Origin: Zootoca vivipara
Lineage: Eukaryota
Assembly (NCBI RefSeq): GCF_963506605.1
Contig: NC_083291.1
Span: forward strand, 33,294,001-33,358,000
DNA length: 64,000 bases
Direction of reading: 5' to 3'
Program-made: the position numbers and the translations under genes
Shown: positions 33,675-47,900 of the stretch, piece by piece
How the letters are laid out: the number at the start of each line of letters is the position of its first letter
How positions within the stretch are numbered: position 1 is the stretch's first letter
The notes under the pieces: model-generated
Told to the model about the DNA's origin: nothing
Databases searched by the model: none
What the model saw: the letters and a program-made list of their open reading frames with translations, nothing else

Positions 33675-35655
33675 TCACTTTCTCCAGACATGCATAGTTT
33701 TATAAATTTCCGTAGTGTCACCTCTTACACACCTTTTCTCAAAATTAAAAAGTCCCAAAATGCTGCAAACTTTCCTCACAGGAAAGTTGCTTCATCCCCC
33801 TTGATCATCTTGGTTGCCCTTTTATGAACCTTTTCCTACTCTACAATATCCTTTTTGAGTAAGGCAACCAGAGCTGTACACAGTATTCAAATGCAGTCAA
33901 ATGATAGATTTGTATAATGACATTATTATATCGGCAGTTTTATTTTCAATCACTTTCCTAATGGTCTCTATCGCGGCCTTTTTCACGATGCACTGCGTCA
34001 ACATCGTCACCAAGCTATCCACTACAATCCCAAAGTCTCATTCCCAGTCATTCACTGCCAGTTTAGACCCTATCAGCGTATATGTGAAAGGAACCCCCCC
34101 CACACACACATGTATCATTTTGAATTGCATTTCTCATTTTTACTGCCCTCTGGAGTATTTGCCATTTTACTGCCCTATTCATTCACTCTGGTATTTTTGG
34201 AGCTCTTCGCAATCTATTTTCGTTTTAACAACCCTGAAAAATTTAGTATCATCAGCAAATTTGGTCACTTCACTTCTCACCCATAACTCTAGATTGTTTA
34301 TGTAGAAGTTTTAAAGCACAAGTGCCAATACCTATCGCAGTGCAACTCTGCTTTCTGCATCCCTCCATTCAGAAAACTGCCCATTATTTCCTGCTACTTA
34401 ACCAGTTCCTGATCCACAAGAAGACCTCTCCTATTATTCCATGACTGCTGACCTTGGGGGGTGGGTGGGTTGGTGAGGTACTGTGTTAAAGGCTTTTTGA
34501 AAGTCCAACTACACTATGTCAACCAGATCACCTCTATCTATATGCTTGTTGACAGTCTCAAAGAACTCTAGCAAGTTAGTGAGACAAGACTTTCCCTTAC
34601 GGAAGCCATACTTGCTCAGCTTCAGCAAGGCTTGTTCTTCTATATGCTATATTAGTTTATCTTTCATCATACTTTCCACTGGGTTTCATGGGACAGACTT
34701 TAAGTTAACCAGCCTGTAATTTCCAGGACACCCCAGGCTTCCTTTTTATAAGTTGGTGCTACATGGGCTACTTTCCAGTCCTCGGGTACAGAGGCTGATC
34801 TGAGGGACAAATGGCATGTTTTTGTTAAACAATCAACAATTTCACCTCTGCATTATTTGAGAACTCTTGGGTGATTTCCATCTGGACATGGCGACTTCTC
34901 AGTTTTTATTTTGTCTGTTTACTCTATTAGGTTTAGAATTTTATCACCACTATCTGCCTTAGTTCCTCAGACTCCCTTCCTTCAAAAGTTAGTTCAGGCA
35001 TAGGGATCTGCCCTATATATTCTTCTGTGAAGACAGATGCAAATAATTCATTCAGGTTCCCTGCAACCCCCTTACCCTCCTTTAGCATACTTTTGACTCC
35101 CTTGTCATCTGAGTCCAACCACCTCCACACACCATCTCCTGCTATTAATGTATTTAAGGATTTTTTTTGTTGGTGGTGGTGGTCTTTTTGTTTTAGCCAT
35201 GTGCTCCTGAAATTATTTTTTAGTATCTCTTATTACCTGCTTGCTCTTATTTTGCCACAGTTTGTGTTCCTTTTTGTTCTCCTCCTTTGGACACAACCAG
35301 TGGCATAGCATGGGTTGCTGGTACCCGGGACAGGGCAAATGTTGTGCCCCCCTGGCGGATTGGACAGTTGGGGTGGAAATGAGTGCTGGGGGGGGGCATG
35401 CGGAGTCCACAAGGCACATGGCTGCCAGCGCTGCTGCAGATCTCCGCTTTGCAGCTCCATCACCTCACAGCTCAGCAGGCCCAGGGGCAGGGGCAGGGCA
35501 GGTGGATGTTGCTCCTGGTTGTGCCCCTTTCAGAAATTTGCACCCGAGGCCACTGCCCCCTGGCCCTCCCCCACACACTATGCCACTGGGCTCCACTTCT
35601 ATTTTTTTGAAGGAAGCTTTCTTCCCTCTAATGGAATCTTTGCTGGTTAGTCTTC
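33675..35655 (-). mobile_element. Old CR1 ORF2 fragment (about 2 kb), interrupted by the MITE at 35298-35588
   Basis: Reverse-complement CR1 RT hallmarks (ttgatcatcttggttgccctt; aatttagtatcatcagcaaat = FADDTK; aaggctttttgaaagtcca = DFQKAF; tttccagtcctcggg = PEDWK). Confidence 0.85.
35298..35588. mobile_element. GC-rich MITE with CAGTGGCATAG TIRs
   Basis: Perfect 11-bp TIR; TSD degenerate. Confidence 0.78.
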
Positions 35656-38600
35656 TATGATTCCACATATGCAAAATTTAGCATAGGTCTGGTACAAAAT
35701 TTTGATTCCTTGATCTGCGTTTGCCTGCTCGTTAAAAAAAAAAAGTTTCTAGTCCTTGTGGCTATGGATATATGGCAAAAAATAATAATAATGCAGGCCA
35801 TGCCCGCTGAATTCAACAGGGTCCAGTGGATGGAACCCAGCAAGAGCAGAAACTTCAAATACTAGGCAGAAAGTCAGGCATGCAAATTAGAAACGATTAT
35901 GCAAAAATGAGTATATTTATACAAGCTTAATTATTTTATTTAGTTGGAGAAACATCACTGGCCTTATAGCCAAGACCTGCAAATTAATTCCTAGAGACAT
36001 TCCCACCCGCTGATATCCCAAGCAAGACAGGAGATAATATATTGATTCAGATTTTATTTTTTTCCTGGAGGGTAAGATTGGGATTGCCTTGGTTTGAATA
36101 TTTTTGAACTGTTTAGGGTTGTGGTTATATGGAGTGCTGTGCAAAGCAGAACCCCATTTCAATGCAACCATAAATCACTGGGTTTCCCGAGAAGTGACCC
36201 TGGAACACTTACTTCTAAATAATAACATACAGGTTAAGTACACTTTATATGACTAAAAATCCATGCACATGATTTGCAATGCTGCTTACTTGCTGCGAAT
36301 TAATTAAATTAATTTTAAAAGGCGATAAAGTTACAATTTGTATAATTCACTTTCTAGAAGAGTTAAAGCCAGGTATTTGGATTCTGATTTTTAAGATGTT
36401 GAGCAGTCAAGATCCAGCCAGTTGAACATTTTTAAGACTTGCCAGTTTCAATAGGAAAGTTATCAGCACTTAATTAAACCCCTATAGAAGCCCATGAGAC
36501 CTAAAAGCAGTGATGTTTGACTGAATTGTGCCCAATATATTTTTCTTTTTTGTTTTCAGCCTAATCACTGATAAAACCCAATTTTAAAAGAAACACTTTT
36601 TTAAAAATTGCGAATAAGGTCTCAGATGGTTGGAAGTGGTATTATTTTGGTTGTATAATTAAACTCTATATTTATAATTAAATGATAATTAGTTAGCATA
36701 CTAGCTTCTGAAAGACCTCTCCCCCGTCCCAGTGTCTGCTAGTTTTCTGAGGATCAGAAAATCAGATTTTGTTAACGTCACTTGCATGTGAAAACTTCAG
36801 CCCGTGACCCATCATTGTACCTTATTTATTTAAGGCCTAGATTTGCAAGCATAACCTCCCATTGCTAAGGGGGCCCTTGTGGCTGAACCCTGTGGAAATC
36901 CAGTTCCACCCCTCTCCTTGCACCTCAGGCCGACATCTCCTATTCACCTGCTTCTGACTTGCAGGACAGAACAGAAGCAACCGCCCATCCATGAAGCAAA
37001 ACTACAGCGCTCTCAAAAGTGAGAAATCTAGCTATTATTGAGTTTCATTCGCTATGTGGCAACTGACCTCTTTAAGGCCCTTCTCATCCACATACTTTCG
37101 GAACAATACTTGCCAATTGTCTTTGAAAGAACTGGTCTGTTGAAACTGCTCTCTTTCCTCCGCTCTACCTCATGACCAGCAGTTCCTAGTTCCAAAAATA
37201 TTTTAAAAGGAACAACCAAGGATTTCATCTTCGAGCTGATATTTACAAGCAGGGTTTGGAAATAGCTCGGCGCTCTTGCACTGGACGTTAAATTCCATTC
37301 TCAACAAGCAAGGCAGGGGGAGGGAGTCCGAACAATGCCAGGTCCATGGCACAGGTTAAGGGCTTTTCACTCATATTATGGTGGTTACATATTTTTAGCC
37401 CCAGCTCAAGCCTTACAGACAGTGGCACTCAAGACCCTACTTAGGACTCACCCCCCCCCAAATCTTTCTAGGAGTTCACACAAAATAAACAGCGCTTTTC
37501 TATGGAGTTTGCACAATAGTTGCCCATCTCAGACAATACTTTGCTATGCACAACTGCTAACTAGCTCGCTTCTCTAGCTATCTGGGACTTTGCTGCTCTC
37601 ATTGCAGCAGGATTGCTTTACCCGTCTTCTGCCCCAAAAATAAAATAAAATGCAAGCATTTTGTCCTCTTCAAATTCTTTATCAAGAAAGCCTCCAGCCA
37701 CTACTACAGAATTCAGCTGAGATATTTCTTTTATTACGGGCTTTTCAGCATTTCAACCTTGTTATTTGTTGACTTTCTGCTTGCCTTCACTCCCAAAATT
37801 ATTAAATGAGTTTTCATAAGGGGAAAAAGGTGTAAAATGGGTTTTTTTAAAAAAAATCTTACCATACTATTCCCTAGGATGTTCCCCCTTTCCTGCTTGA
37901 AATGAATGCAAACTGTGGAAAGAGCATAATATGCTCTTGCCAAGCTCCCAATCATTTGCACAAGGCTGGCGCAAGAGAACTTCCTAGTGGATTGTGCTCT
38001 TAGAGTCTTTGTCATCTTTTTTCTGGTCCCTGGGTCTTTTAGAAACCCTGAGCGCAGGCACTTATTTTCTCTGTGACTGCAAAACTTTTCTTTTGTTTTT
38101 TTTTTTGGACATGATAATTCCAAACAGAAAAATGCTTGGCAACTGATAATAATCCGTATAAGATGGAAATGAAAGGGTGAGAACTGAGGGTGTCAAAGCT
38201 ATGGCATTAGCTGTAAAAGCAAACAAAAAATATCTGCATAAAACTCGAAATTCTGCTGGGGGCGGGGGAGAGAAACCAGTTACTGAAAACAAGGGAAATC
38301 TATTTGCATCATTTTAAATGCGAAAATTTAAAAGGTGGAGAAATCGTTACAGGTAATCAAGTGCCACTTTATAAGCCAACCATGGAAATGATTAAAACAC
38401 AGTTGTCAAGCATTAAAATATTTTATACATGCATATGTTTCAGTTGTATATCTGGTATATATGAAAAGGCTAAATCCTGAACTTTATTCACATTCACAAA
38501 ACATTATTAGCCAGGTAAGACCTGTCTCAGATATTGGCATTTTCTCTCCTGCAAAGCAGATATACAAACTTGCACCTGCCATGAATCAGACCCTATGATT

Positions 38601-39459
38601 CATAACTTGGATTTAGTTAAAAAAAGAAATGCAAAATCTACCACCTTTTCTTACCAGAGACAAGAGAGTCCTCTTTCCCGGGCAGACTCCACCAGCACAC
38701 TGTTCTGGTTCAAAAACAAAGCCTGGATCTGCTGGAAGCGGTTTCTATCCAGAAGCTGCTACGCAAAAAGTGGCTGGTATTCTCCAAACTGCTGGTTGCT
38801 AAAATATTGCCAAGTGGTGGGGAGGGGGGGGGTAATTTTTCACAATGCTAAATGTCTCTGAAAAGTCCTTTGAGGTGTCTTATATTCAGCAAGCAAAAGC
38901 AGAAACCTCATGAAATTCTGTTCTGAAAATGCATAGGCAAACACACAAGCTGGATAGTTTTATAGGAGCCAAACAAATATTTCAGACATAATTTTCACTC
39001 CAGAACAACTGGTTTCCTTCTTGTGCAACCTTCCTCCCACCCCCAACCCCAGCATACTGGTACAATCCTTTTGTTGAATCTAACTAAATAGCAAGCCTCC
39101 ATACTAGATTTGGAATTGGAGGTTAGCTTGATTTCTCTCGCTAAATTTAAAAAATGTGCATCATTTTTTTTATTTCCACTTGTTAGTTAATTCAAATCTG
39201 CAAATATAAAAGTAATAGTTGATTGAAAACAGTGAATAGAGCTCAAAAATAAAATACGTAGCAAATAGGGTCAGTAAGTAAGGATATTGCCAGGGAGCAA
39301 TTCCCACCTCCCCCACAAAAAAACCCCCTTCTACTAGTCTGATTAAAAACCATTCAAGGGGTTTCTCAAAGAGATAGCAAGAATTCTGAGCAAGCTGGTG
39401 ATGTACAATGACACGTAACTTCATATGAGAGAAAATAGTATTTTGTAGACCTAATAAGC

Positions 39460-39711
39460 CAGGGGTCAGCAAACCTTTTCAGCAGGGGGGTTGGTCCACT
39501 GTCCCTCAGACCTTGTGGGGGGGGCGGACTATTTTTTTGGGGGGGGGATAAATGAATTCCTATGTCCCACAAATAACCCAGAGATGCATTTTAAATAAAA
39601 GGACACATTCTACTCATGTAAAATCACGCTGACACCCCAACCATCCGTGGGCCGGATTTAGAAGGCGATTGGGCCGGATCCGGCCCTTGGGCCTTAGTTT
39701 GCCTACCCATG
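39460..39711. mobile_element. hAT-Charlie/Buster-type (MER30-like) MITE
   Basis: Ends caggggtcagcaaac / gtttgcctacccatg; perfect 8-bp TSD taataagc with central TA. Confidence 0.9.
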
Positions 39712-40841
39712 TAATAAGCCTTACTAATCAATTTGCTTGTTGACCATAGGTCTCTTCTCTTGGTCTCGTCCTCCCCATTCCCACATTTACAGGCCTCAGA
39801 TTAGGAGCAGATAAAACTGCAGGCAGGAAGGCAGTGACCATGCAAAGGGAAAAATGGGGAGCACAAGAACTGGAAAAATAACCATGCTGGCCTCAAACAG
39901 CAAAAAAAGCAAATGTGGATTCACTTGCATTGATTTGTTGCCCCTCTCAACTTGCAGGAACTATCCATTCCTTCAAACGGGCAAAATTTGATATGGCGCG
40001 TGGTGGCTGGAATGCTAGGTATTAAGGAAGCCATGGAAAGGGCTGTTATATTATGCCATCTAAGTGGGGAAACGTGATTTGGAGTGTGGACACTCAAGAG
40101 CCAAAATGATAGGAGGGCTTTTGTGGTTGGAATTTGGCAGGAACGCTACTGGGAGAGTCGGCTATACTATATCCGAATTGGAATAAAGGAAAGGACTCAA
40201 ACGAATAGGTGGAAGCAGACGGCGAAAAGGTTTTAACAAATTTCTACCTTTCCAAAAATAAAGTTGCTGTTGTTGTTGTTGCTGCTGCTATATATGTCAT
40301 GTTTTATTATTATTTATGGCTGAGAGGGATAAAAATCCGAATGTATACAGTAATAGCAAAATATAAATAAATGAATAGTATAAGGCATTGCTCTTTCTCC
40401 CTCTCTCTTTCAAGGCAATCACACGGGTAACGTGGAGATTCAAATCCATTTCAGTGACTGAGAGTACAGTTTTCTGGACGGCTTCCCCTTCATTTTATTT
40501 TTCATAACATTTAGGGTTTTTAAAAAAATATTTATACCTTATCTTTCTGGCAGACATCAGGTCTCCAAGGCAGGATTCAAGAAACACGGGGCCTTTAAAA
40601 AGGGCAGGCACTGATGTCCAGAAAAAGTACTGTGTGCCAGTGACTGCTCTTTGAAGCGTCTACAGAGACCCCACAAAGAAAATGTTCTTGTTCCTCACAC
40701 ACTGGCATACTGGGCAGGCTATGGGTCCTGGGTTTTCCTAGCAACACCAGTGGCGACCAGTGACCAAAACAGTTTTGTGGAGGCGGGGAGCCAATGGTAT
40801 TAACTGTCATTTCCCCCCATTAGGTAATTGTAAGACTGGAT

Positions 40842-41227
40842 ATATTTTTAATGAAATACTTTTTTTTTTTGCTTTTACAAATACAAAGTATAAACAAAGT
40901 AACAAACTAATATTTACATATCTGTATATAGAGATTCTCATCCCCCCCCAATGGAGTCTCAGTTTAAACACCTACAACTGCATATTCATCCAGACTCCAA
41001 ATTTTATATCAAACCTTATCATCCATAATAATTTTTTTACACTACAAGTGAATCAAAATCCTGCTCTTGTTTCCATACAGTGGTCACCTAAATAACTTAT
41101 TTTTTTTCCATTCTTTAATTAAGTTTTTGTCCTCTTGGTTTCTGAGTTTTCCAATCAGTTTTGCCATTTCTGCATAGTCCATCAGCTTGGTTTGACATTC
41201 TTCTCTGGTAGGGACTTTTGTCATTTT
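40842..41227 (-). mobile_element. 5'-truncated L1 3' fragment
   Basis: Minus strand PTREECQTKLMDYAEMAKLIGKLRNQEDK resembles the ORF2 C-terminus of the intact L1 (PSVDEWREKMTEYLELAKMTGSLRDQKEQ); 11-bp TSD taagactggat (40831-40841 / 41228-41238). Confidence 0.82.
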
Positions 41228-41823
41228 TAAGACTGGATTTAATGGTCATAGTGCCCTTCTTCTTTAGAAGATCCTGTCTGTCACTTCTTTCCCTACTACA
41301 AAATGTGCTAAGCAAGCCGGTTCCCTCCTGCTCATTCTGCTGAGTGGGACACTGGACCTCTGTCCCAAAGTCTTGTTCATGTGGGTCACAGCCCATAAAC
41401 AATCAGTTCTGTGTACAAGACTGTGATCATCTGCGTGGTTACTTGATTATTGCAGCATGAACCTTTGTGGGCAATGGTCTGCTTCATTAAGATGCAGGAC
41501 ACAGACACAGGAAAGATTATGGCTCCTGCCCCAACCACCCTGGACAAAAATTTTTCGGGGGGGGGGGGATTGTAAGATACTGCTTATCTCATTGTTATTG
41601 GGGGGGGGCACAGAGGAGTGCCTACACTCAAATTTTAAACTACAGGTAGATTAATAGTTTGATTAACAGGAAAGTCTGTGTCATTTCATTTCATAGGGTT
41701 AAACTCCATAACCATGGCGCTATATTCTTCTGGCTCTTCATTAAACCCAAGCTCTTGCCTTCTCACTTGTCATAATGCAAATCTTTTGTTCTCATCTTTC
41801 TTATTTGCACTAATATGATTCAA

Positions 41824-41826
<3 letters not shown>

Positions 41827-41905
<79 letters not shown>
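41827..41905. repeat. Compound (CT)n(GT)n microsatellite
   Basis: Direct reading. Confidence 0.95.
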
Positions 41906-41907
<2 letters not shown>

Positions 41908-43219
41908 AAATACACACATATACAGAGTGTTGCCCTAAACACTTTATGTGAAGAGAAGGTGACCAGGGTCCCCTTATTACAGGCCCACTTATTGCAAGTT
42001 GTGAGTATATTGGATCAGATGGCTTGGCTGGATCAGGTAAACTTAGGCTGTCTCTCTTTCCCTACATATCGTGGACTGCCAATGCTCAACTGAGTTTCCA
42101 AGGGCAAGCCTTCAATTCTCCCACCGTCCCACCACTTTTAAAAAATGAAATAAAATCAAACCAGTAGCTTTTCTTTTTCTTCTTTGGAATTTCATTTAAA
42201 GCCCTGATCTACTTTGAAATGTCCTCTTAGCTGCACACTTTTTGTAGTTCAATTCAGACTATGGCAACACTTTTAAACTTTGCTCTATTCAAAAGCACTA
42301 ATTCTTGCCAAAGGGTGAAGGGGGGGGGAGAAAGGTGTCCTGTTTTGCTTGTGTGGCTTTAGGCGCCTCGCTGAGAAGGCTCCTGTCAAAATTAATTGGG
42401 GGTCCCTGGAAATGGGTAAGGGAAAGCTGAGGAAGGGAGGGAGCAAAATATTTGGCCTGTCCTTTCTTTAGATTTGGATTCCGCTCCCATTTTGTCAAGC
42501 AGCCCAGATCCACATGGATACACACAAACACACACACGCATGCATGCATGTATCTGAGGTGGAGCGAGATTTGTTCAAGGCAGAACTGAATTCAAAGTTT
42601 CCAATTTTAGAATGAGAATTTTTGGCTTAAGAGAGATTGTGCACTGACTCAAGCCCACCTTTTCCCGGCACTCGCCATGAAATTTACTCCTTTCCAAGTC
42701 AAACTCTGCACACCCATTCTCAGCACACATGTGTCATTCGGGTTGCAATCCTGTGCACATTGACACAAGAGAAAGCCTCATGAAACATCATAGGATTTAG
42801 TTCTGAGTATGCATGCAGAAGAGCGATGTTGAACAGCTATAGTTCAACTTAGTGCACACTATAGTGCACACTTACTCACACTGTGGGCCTCCCCTGGGGA
42901 AAGTGATCATTAGCCACAACTCTGAGCCCTGAGCAACGTTCACCCATTTGCTTGCCCTCAGCACCACGGGGACTTACTTCCAAACCAACCAACAGGCTGA
43001 AACAAGCACCCTGCAGAGACAAGTAACCAGGTGCAGGATAAAGATCAGAAAACTGCCAACAACTCAGGCCAGCCTCTGCTGCTCCGCTTCTGTTTCACTA
43101 CAAGTAGGTTCCACAGGAGAGCATATATAGGGACTACTTATAACAGAGAAGCTAGTCAGGACCTCAGTGAAAGCATGTTCATTTGAGGGTTTCAGGAATC
43201 AGGACACAGCCTGCAATCA

Positions 43220-43490
43220 AAACCACTGAGCCTAGGGCTTGCTGATCAGAAGGTCGGCGGTTCGAATCCCTGCGAGGGGGCGAGCTCCCGTTGCTTGGTC
43301 CCAGCTCCTGCCAACCTAGCAGTTCGAAAGCACGTCAAAATGCAAGTAGATAAATAGGAACCGCTACAGCGGGAAGCTAAACGGCGTTTCCATGTGCTGC
43401 TCTGGTTTGCCAGAAGCAGCTTTGTCATGCTGGCCACATGACCTGGAAGCTATACGCCGGCTCCCTCGGCCAATAATGCGAGATGAGCGC
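43220..43490 (+). mobile_element. Sauria SINE truncated at both ends
   Basis: Collinear with the interior of the 17577 copy; lacks the start of the head and the tail. Confidence 0.9.
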
Positions 43491-44567
43491 GGGAGCTTGG
43501 TATCTCAGTCGTAATCACACACAGGGCCAGAGTAGATACGTACTATGCTGGAGAGGTGTGAACAACCTCCATTTTTGAGGGGAAAGGTGTGTTATGTTCT
43601 TTAACTAAAAGGCAACCACTGGAGTTTACCAGTTCAAATGGAGAAACTTAACTCTCTTCCCCTCCGGCCATTTTTCTGATGGGAATTGCCCTCCCTAAGC
43701 TGCTTTATTCCAGCAGAGAAAAGGATATGGGGATCCCATATCTTTCCCCTGTGGGTGGAAAAGCAGCTGGAGGAAGCAAACACCAGGGGGGAACTGGCAG
43801 AAAGGGGTAGGGTTCAGAGGCTGCTGCTCCTCTGCTCATGACAGCAGCCTCCGGAGCTGTTTTCCAGTTTAAGAAAGGATCGGGAGAATGTCTGTGACTC
43901 CTGCATAGTGTCCATTTTGGCCCTTCCTAGAGAGCACATTCCACTGATTTCAGTCCAACTTACTTTCCAACCCAAGTATGCTTTGGTCTACAGTGGCATG
44001 CAATCGAGAAATGAACAGAACGGCTTTGCAAACCTGAGCTTGGTGTCAACTCTGCAGTGCCACAGTCATCTTCTCATATATTTCATCCTGTGGAGAACAA
44101 ACATGCAACCTATAGCATAGCACACATCAGCCCAAGACATTTGTCTCCTAAGGAGTGGCACTGCATAATACCAAAAAGTGCCCTCCAGGATCCTCTTCAA
44201 TGGCACAGAAGGGCTTTGGGTTTTTTTTGTGTGTGTGTGTATGGCCAGCCTCTCCGAAACTTTCTAAGGGCTCATAAAGCTAACAGTCCTTGTAACATAC
44301 ATACATCATACATACATCTAAACAACCCCACCACTCCCCCAATTCTGAGTGAGATGGAAGTCAGCTGAAATTCCTTCTAGGGCTGTGTTTACTGAGAACT
44401 CGCTGCATTTCCAATGCTGGCTTTTAAATCCGCACCCACACATTAGCCACAATGCATATGTATCCTACCTATACTATGCTATCAAATACTACTGTTTGAT
44501 GCATTGTTTCTCAAACCAGCTTCACATCAGTTGTAATCCTTACACCATGCCTAATTCATTTCTAACC

Positions 44568-44939
44568 AAGGTAAAGGTAAAGGGTAAAGGGGGCCCTGAC
44601 CATCAGGTCCAGTCGTGTCCGACTCTGGGGTTGCGGCGCTCATCTCGCTCTATAGACCGAGGGAGCCGGCGTTTGTCCGCAGACAGCTTCCAGGTCATGT
44701 GGCCAGCATGACAAAGCCGCTTCTGGCGAACCAGAGCAGCGCACGGAAACGCCGTTTACCTTCCCGCCGGAGCGGTCCCTATTTATCTACTTGCACTTTG
44801 ATGTGCTTTCGAACTGCTAGGTGGGCAGGAGCTGGGACCGAGCAACAGGAGCTCACTCCATCACAGGGATTCGAACCGCTGACCTTCTGATCAGCAAGCC
44901 CTAGACTCTGTAGTTTAACCCACAGCGCCACCTGGGTCC
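44568..44939 (-). mobile_element. Full-length Sauria SINE
   Basis: (AAAGGT)n on the + strand and reverse-complemented tRNA head ggattcgaacc...cagcgccacctgggtcc. Confidence 0.92.
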
Positions 44940-47900
44940 TGGTACAAACACCTTTGCTTGGGGTAAAGACATCCCCACTCTGTTCAGCATCCTCAGGTGT
45001 GCACACAAACAAAAATGAATCTGACACAAATGAAGCTGTGCTGATGTGAACATTTGGGGAGAAAGGGTTGTTAAACACGAGGGGGACACCTTCACTGAGC
45101 TCTAAGGTGGTAATGTGAATTCCACCCTAGAATTCTTTGAGAGTTGCATCCAAACCTTATTCATTCCTTTGGTGAATGAATTTGGAGCACAGATGGGAAA
45201 CTTAAGGACATGAGGGTTGCTCTTCTCCCCGCCCCCCCCCTTTGGCATTGGCTTAGAGATGATGATAGGACAGGACACACATGCATAATAAAACTGATTA
45301 GCCGGAGTGACATCTGAATTTTTTCCTGACATTCTGTTAAACCAAAGAGCTGTTTCCTTGAGGTTAAAGGGTTGTAGGACACATTGCAGATTTCATACAA
45401 GTAGTTTATTCCAAAATTAGAAACCCAACTAAACTGCGAGTCTGCTGTCGTTTCGCATTCACTGACACCAATCAAAATGACTCAGTGTCTACCATTTTTG
45501 CACCAACTGGTGTGGAGCTTCAAACAAGCCCTTCTGCAATTCACACATTGTAGGCCAGTTGTACTGTGTTTTGCTGGCTTTCTACCACCAAAGTCAACAG
45601 CAGATGTGGCAACGCATTTGCTAGCAGATAGGCCTGTGTGACTTAACTATCGATCTACTTCCACCAACAAACACTAATTAATGGATGGTGATGGCGATAA
45701 TGACGAGGATTCTGTCCCAAACAGATACATGCAAAAGGTCAGGTCATTGCTATGTGGCTGTTATTAATAATAATCATTATGCCCACACCTAGAGTGACGC
45801 CCAGAAGCCAACCAGTACCTCAGGTAGCTAAGATTCCTAGGAGGCTGGGAGAGGAAAATGGCCAAATGAGTCTCTTGCCCAACTACAAACAAAATGTTCC
45901 CAGCAGGAAGCCACCAGCTTTGTTCCACAGGTAGAATCAGAGGTGCCATGATTTATTCGCCATTCAGGTGACCATCTCTCTACTCCCGGACTGCTTGGTT
46001 TCTGTGAAGTGCCTTTTAACCCCCTTCCTAAAATACTAAATGCTTAGAATGAAGAAAGTGTCCACAGCCTTACAGTCGTTCTCCTTTATGTTGAAACTGG
46101 ACATTTTGCCACAACATTTCTCTCTCTTGTTTGCAAAATGGAGGCCGCTGTTTGTTGAATGGATGGACACATCAGCCATCATTCCAACATCCCTGACAAG
46201 CAACAATCCTCCCTGAGAACAAAAGCCCAAGGAGTTTCAATAGGGTTTATACTCCCAGACAAAACATGATGAAGGCTGCAACCCTAAACACACTTACCTA
46301 GGAATAAGCTCAAGGGGGCTTCCTTCTGAGTAGACATGTACTGTACACAATTGCACTGTAAAACCACCATCGTAAGGTACACTCCCCTTCAGTTTGTCCT
46401 ACAACCTAACAGAGCACTACCCAAAAACTAAAGAATGCATTGGTCCTGCATCTGTTAATGTGATAGAAGTGCACACTTGCAAGGAGGCACAGAAAGTCAC
46501 TTGCTGCCTACCTGCACAAAGTCAGCCCAATTGTTGCTGTGTACTGTAATTGGGGGGGGGGAGGAATCCTCCAGCAGTACAGTTTGGTAGATATTATATT
46601 TTTGATATAAAAGTCTTTTGAGTATGGGTGGATGGGGGAAAGGCTATTCAGTGTATAACTTGCCTTACTTCAGGAAAAAAGCAAGGCAAGGCTGCTGCAT
46701 TAGACAGCCCTTCTTCTGCTCTTTCTGCTGAGTGAGAGTCCTGGACTTGCCCACCCCCAAAGCCTTGCCCTGGAGGTACCACTGACTTTGATCTCTCAAT
46801 AATTTAGCAAACCTCTTGGAATTTATTTATTTATTAGATATAACCTTTTAAAAATAAAGTAAAACTGAAATAACTGCAGTTCAGCTGTCAGGCCTTTGTT
46901 GGTACAATCCCCTTCACACGCAAACACTGCAGAGTCTCGCGTGCAAAAGCTGACCCGGCCTACACTGTCTCGTGAAAATCTCCCGTTCCCAGGAAGGAAA
47001 GAAAGCTATATTTAATTCAGCTGCTGCAATGATCAAACGCTTTGGGCTGCATCTCCTTCGTAGTCCTGACTGCCTTACCGGAATAAAAAACGTTAAAGCA
47101 GAAGGGAAATAAAAAAAGGAGATGCACCAAAAAAGTTACCCCAAAAAGTTACCGGGTTGCTTTAAAGAGAGTCTAAAAAGAACCTCAAGCAGCTGCTTTT
47201 AGAGGCAGATTCCTTCTTCCTCCACTCAAATACAGCTCCCCCATAACAGTTTTTTAAAAACACCTTGTGCAATAAAAATAAAATCCATTTCTGCAGATCC
47301 GAAGGCGCTGGCATTCAACCAGCAGAACAAAGCAAAACTTTTGTTTGCGCAAGGAAAGGGAAAGTGCGGCGCTCTCCAGACGTTTGCGCAGGGCTAGCCG
47401 TGTCGGGAAGTTCTCCTGCGCCAGCTTTTGCGATGGCTCCCGTTCCTTGCGCAGGAAAACTTCCCAGCAGACCGGGTCCTTGGCGGTCCTTCCCGCTATC
47501 CGGGGCCTGCCGTCGAGCGCACTCCGAGGCGCGCACCCTTTTCGCCTCCTAAGGGCTGCCACCGCAGTGCCCACATGGAACGCCGCAGGGGTCCCTCTCC
47601 TCCCCCGCTCCCATTTTAAAGGCGCCGTTACTTTTTCGTTCAGGGTAGAGACAAGCGCAAATAGTCTGAAATAAAACCTTGGAATCGCCCCAAGAGACGG
47701 TTCTGGACTTTATCTCCTCACCGCTTCGTGAGGCCTTTTGCGCTGCTTGGAGCTTTTCTGTTCTGGCACAGAGGAAAAGAAGCGCGGGGGGAGGGGAGGT
47801 GGGGACTAGAGAGAGCGATCGGCTTCCAAGAAGATCCCCAAAGATCGCTTTGGCCCGCCACGGCATCAGTTTCGGGAGCAAGGGCCGGTATCTAAGTTCG

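Noticed and set aside
40053-40068. CTCF-like motif tgccatctaagtgg
   Set aside because: It has one extra base relative to the core GCCATCTAGTGG spacing, so it is not supportable without ChIP data.
46290-46301. Perfect minus-strand donor AG|GTAAGT
   Set aside because: It lies within an old palindromic repeat that carries this motif intrinsically.
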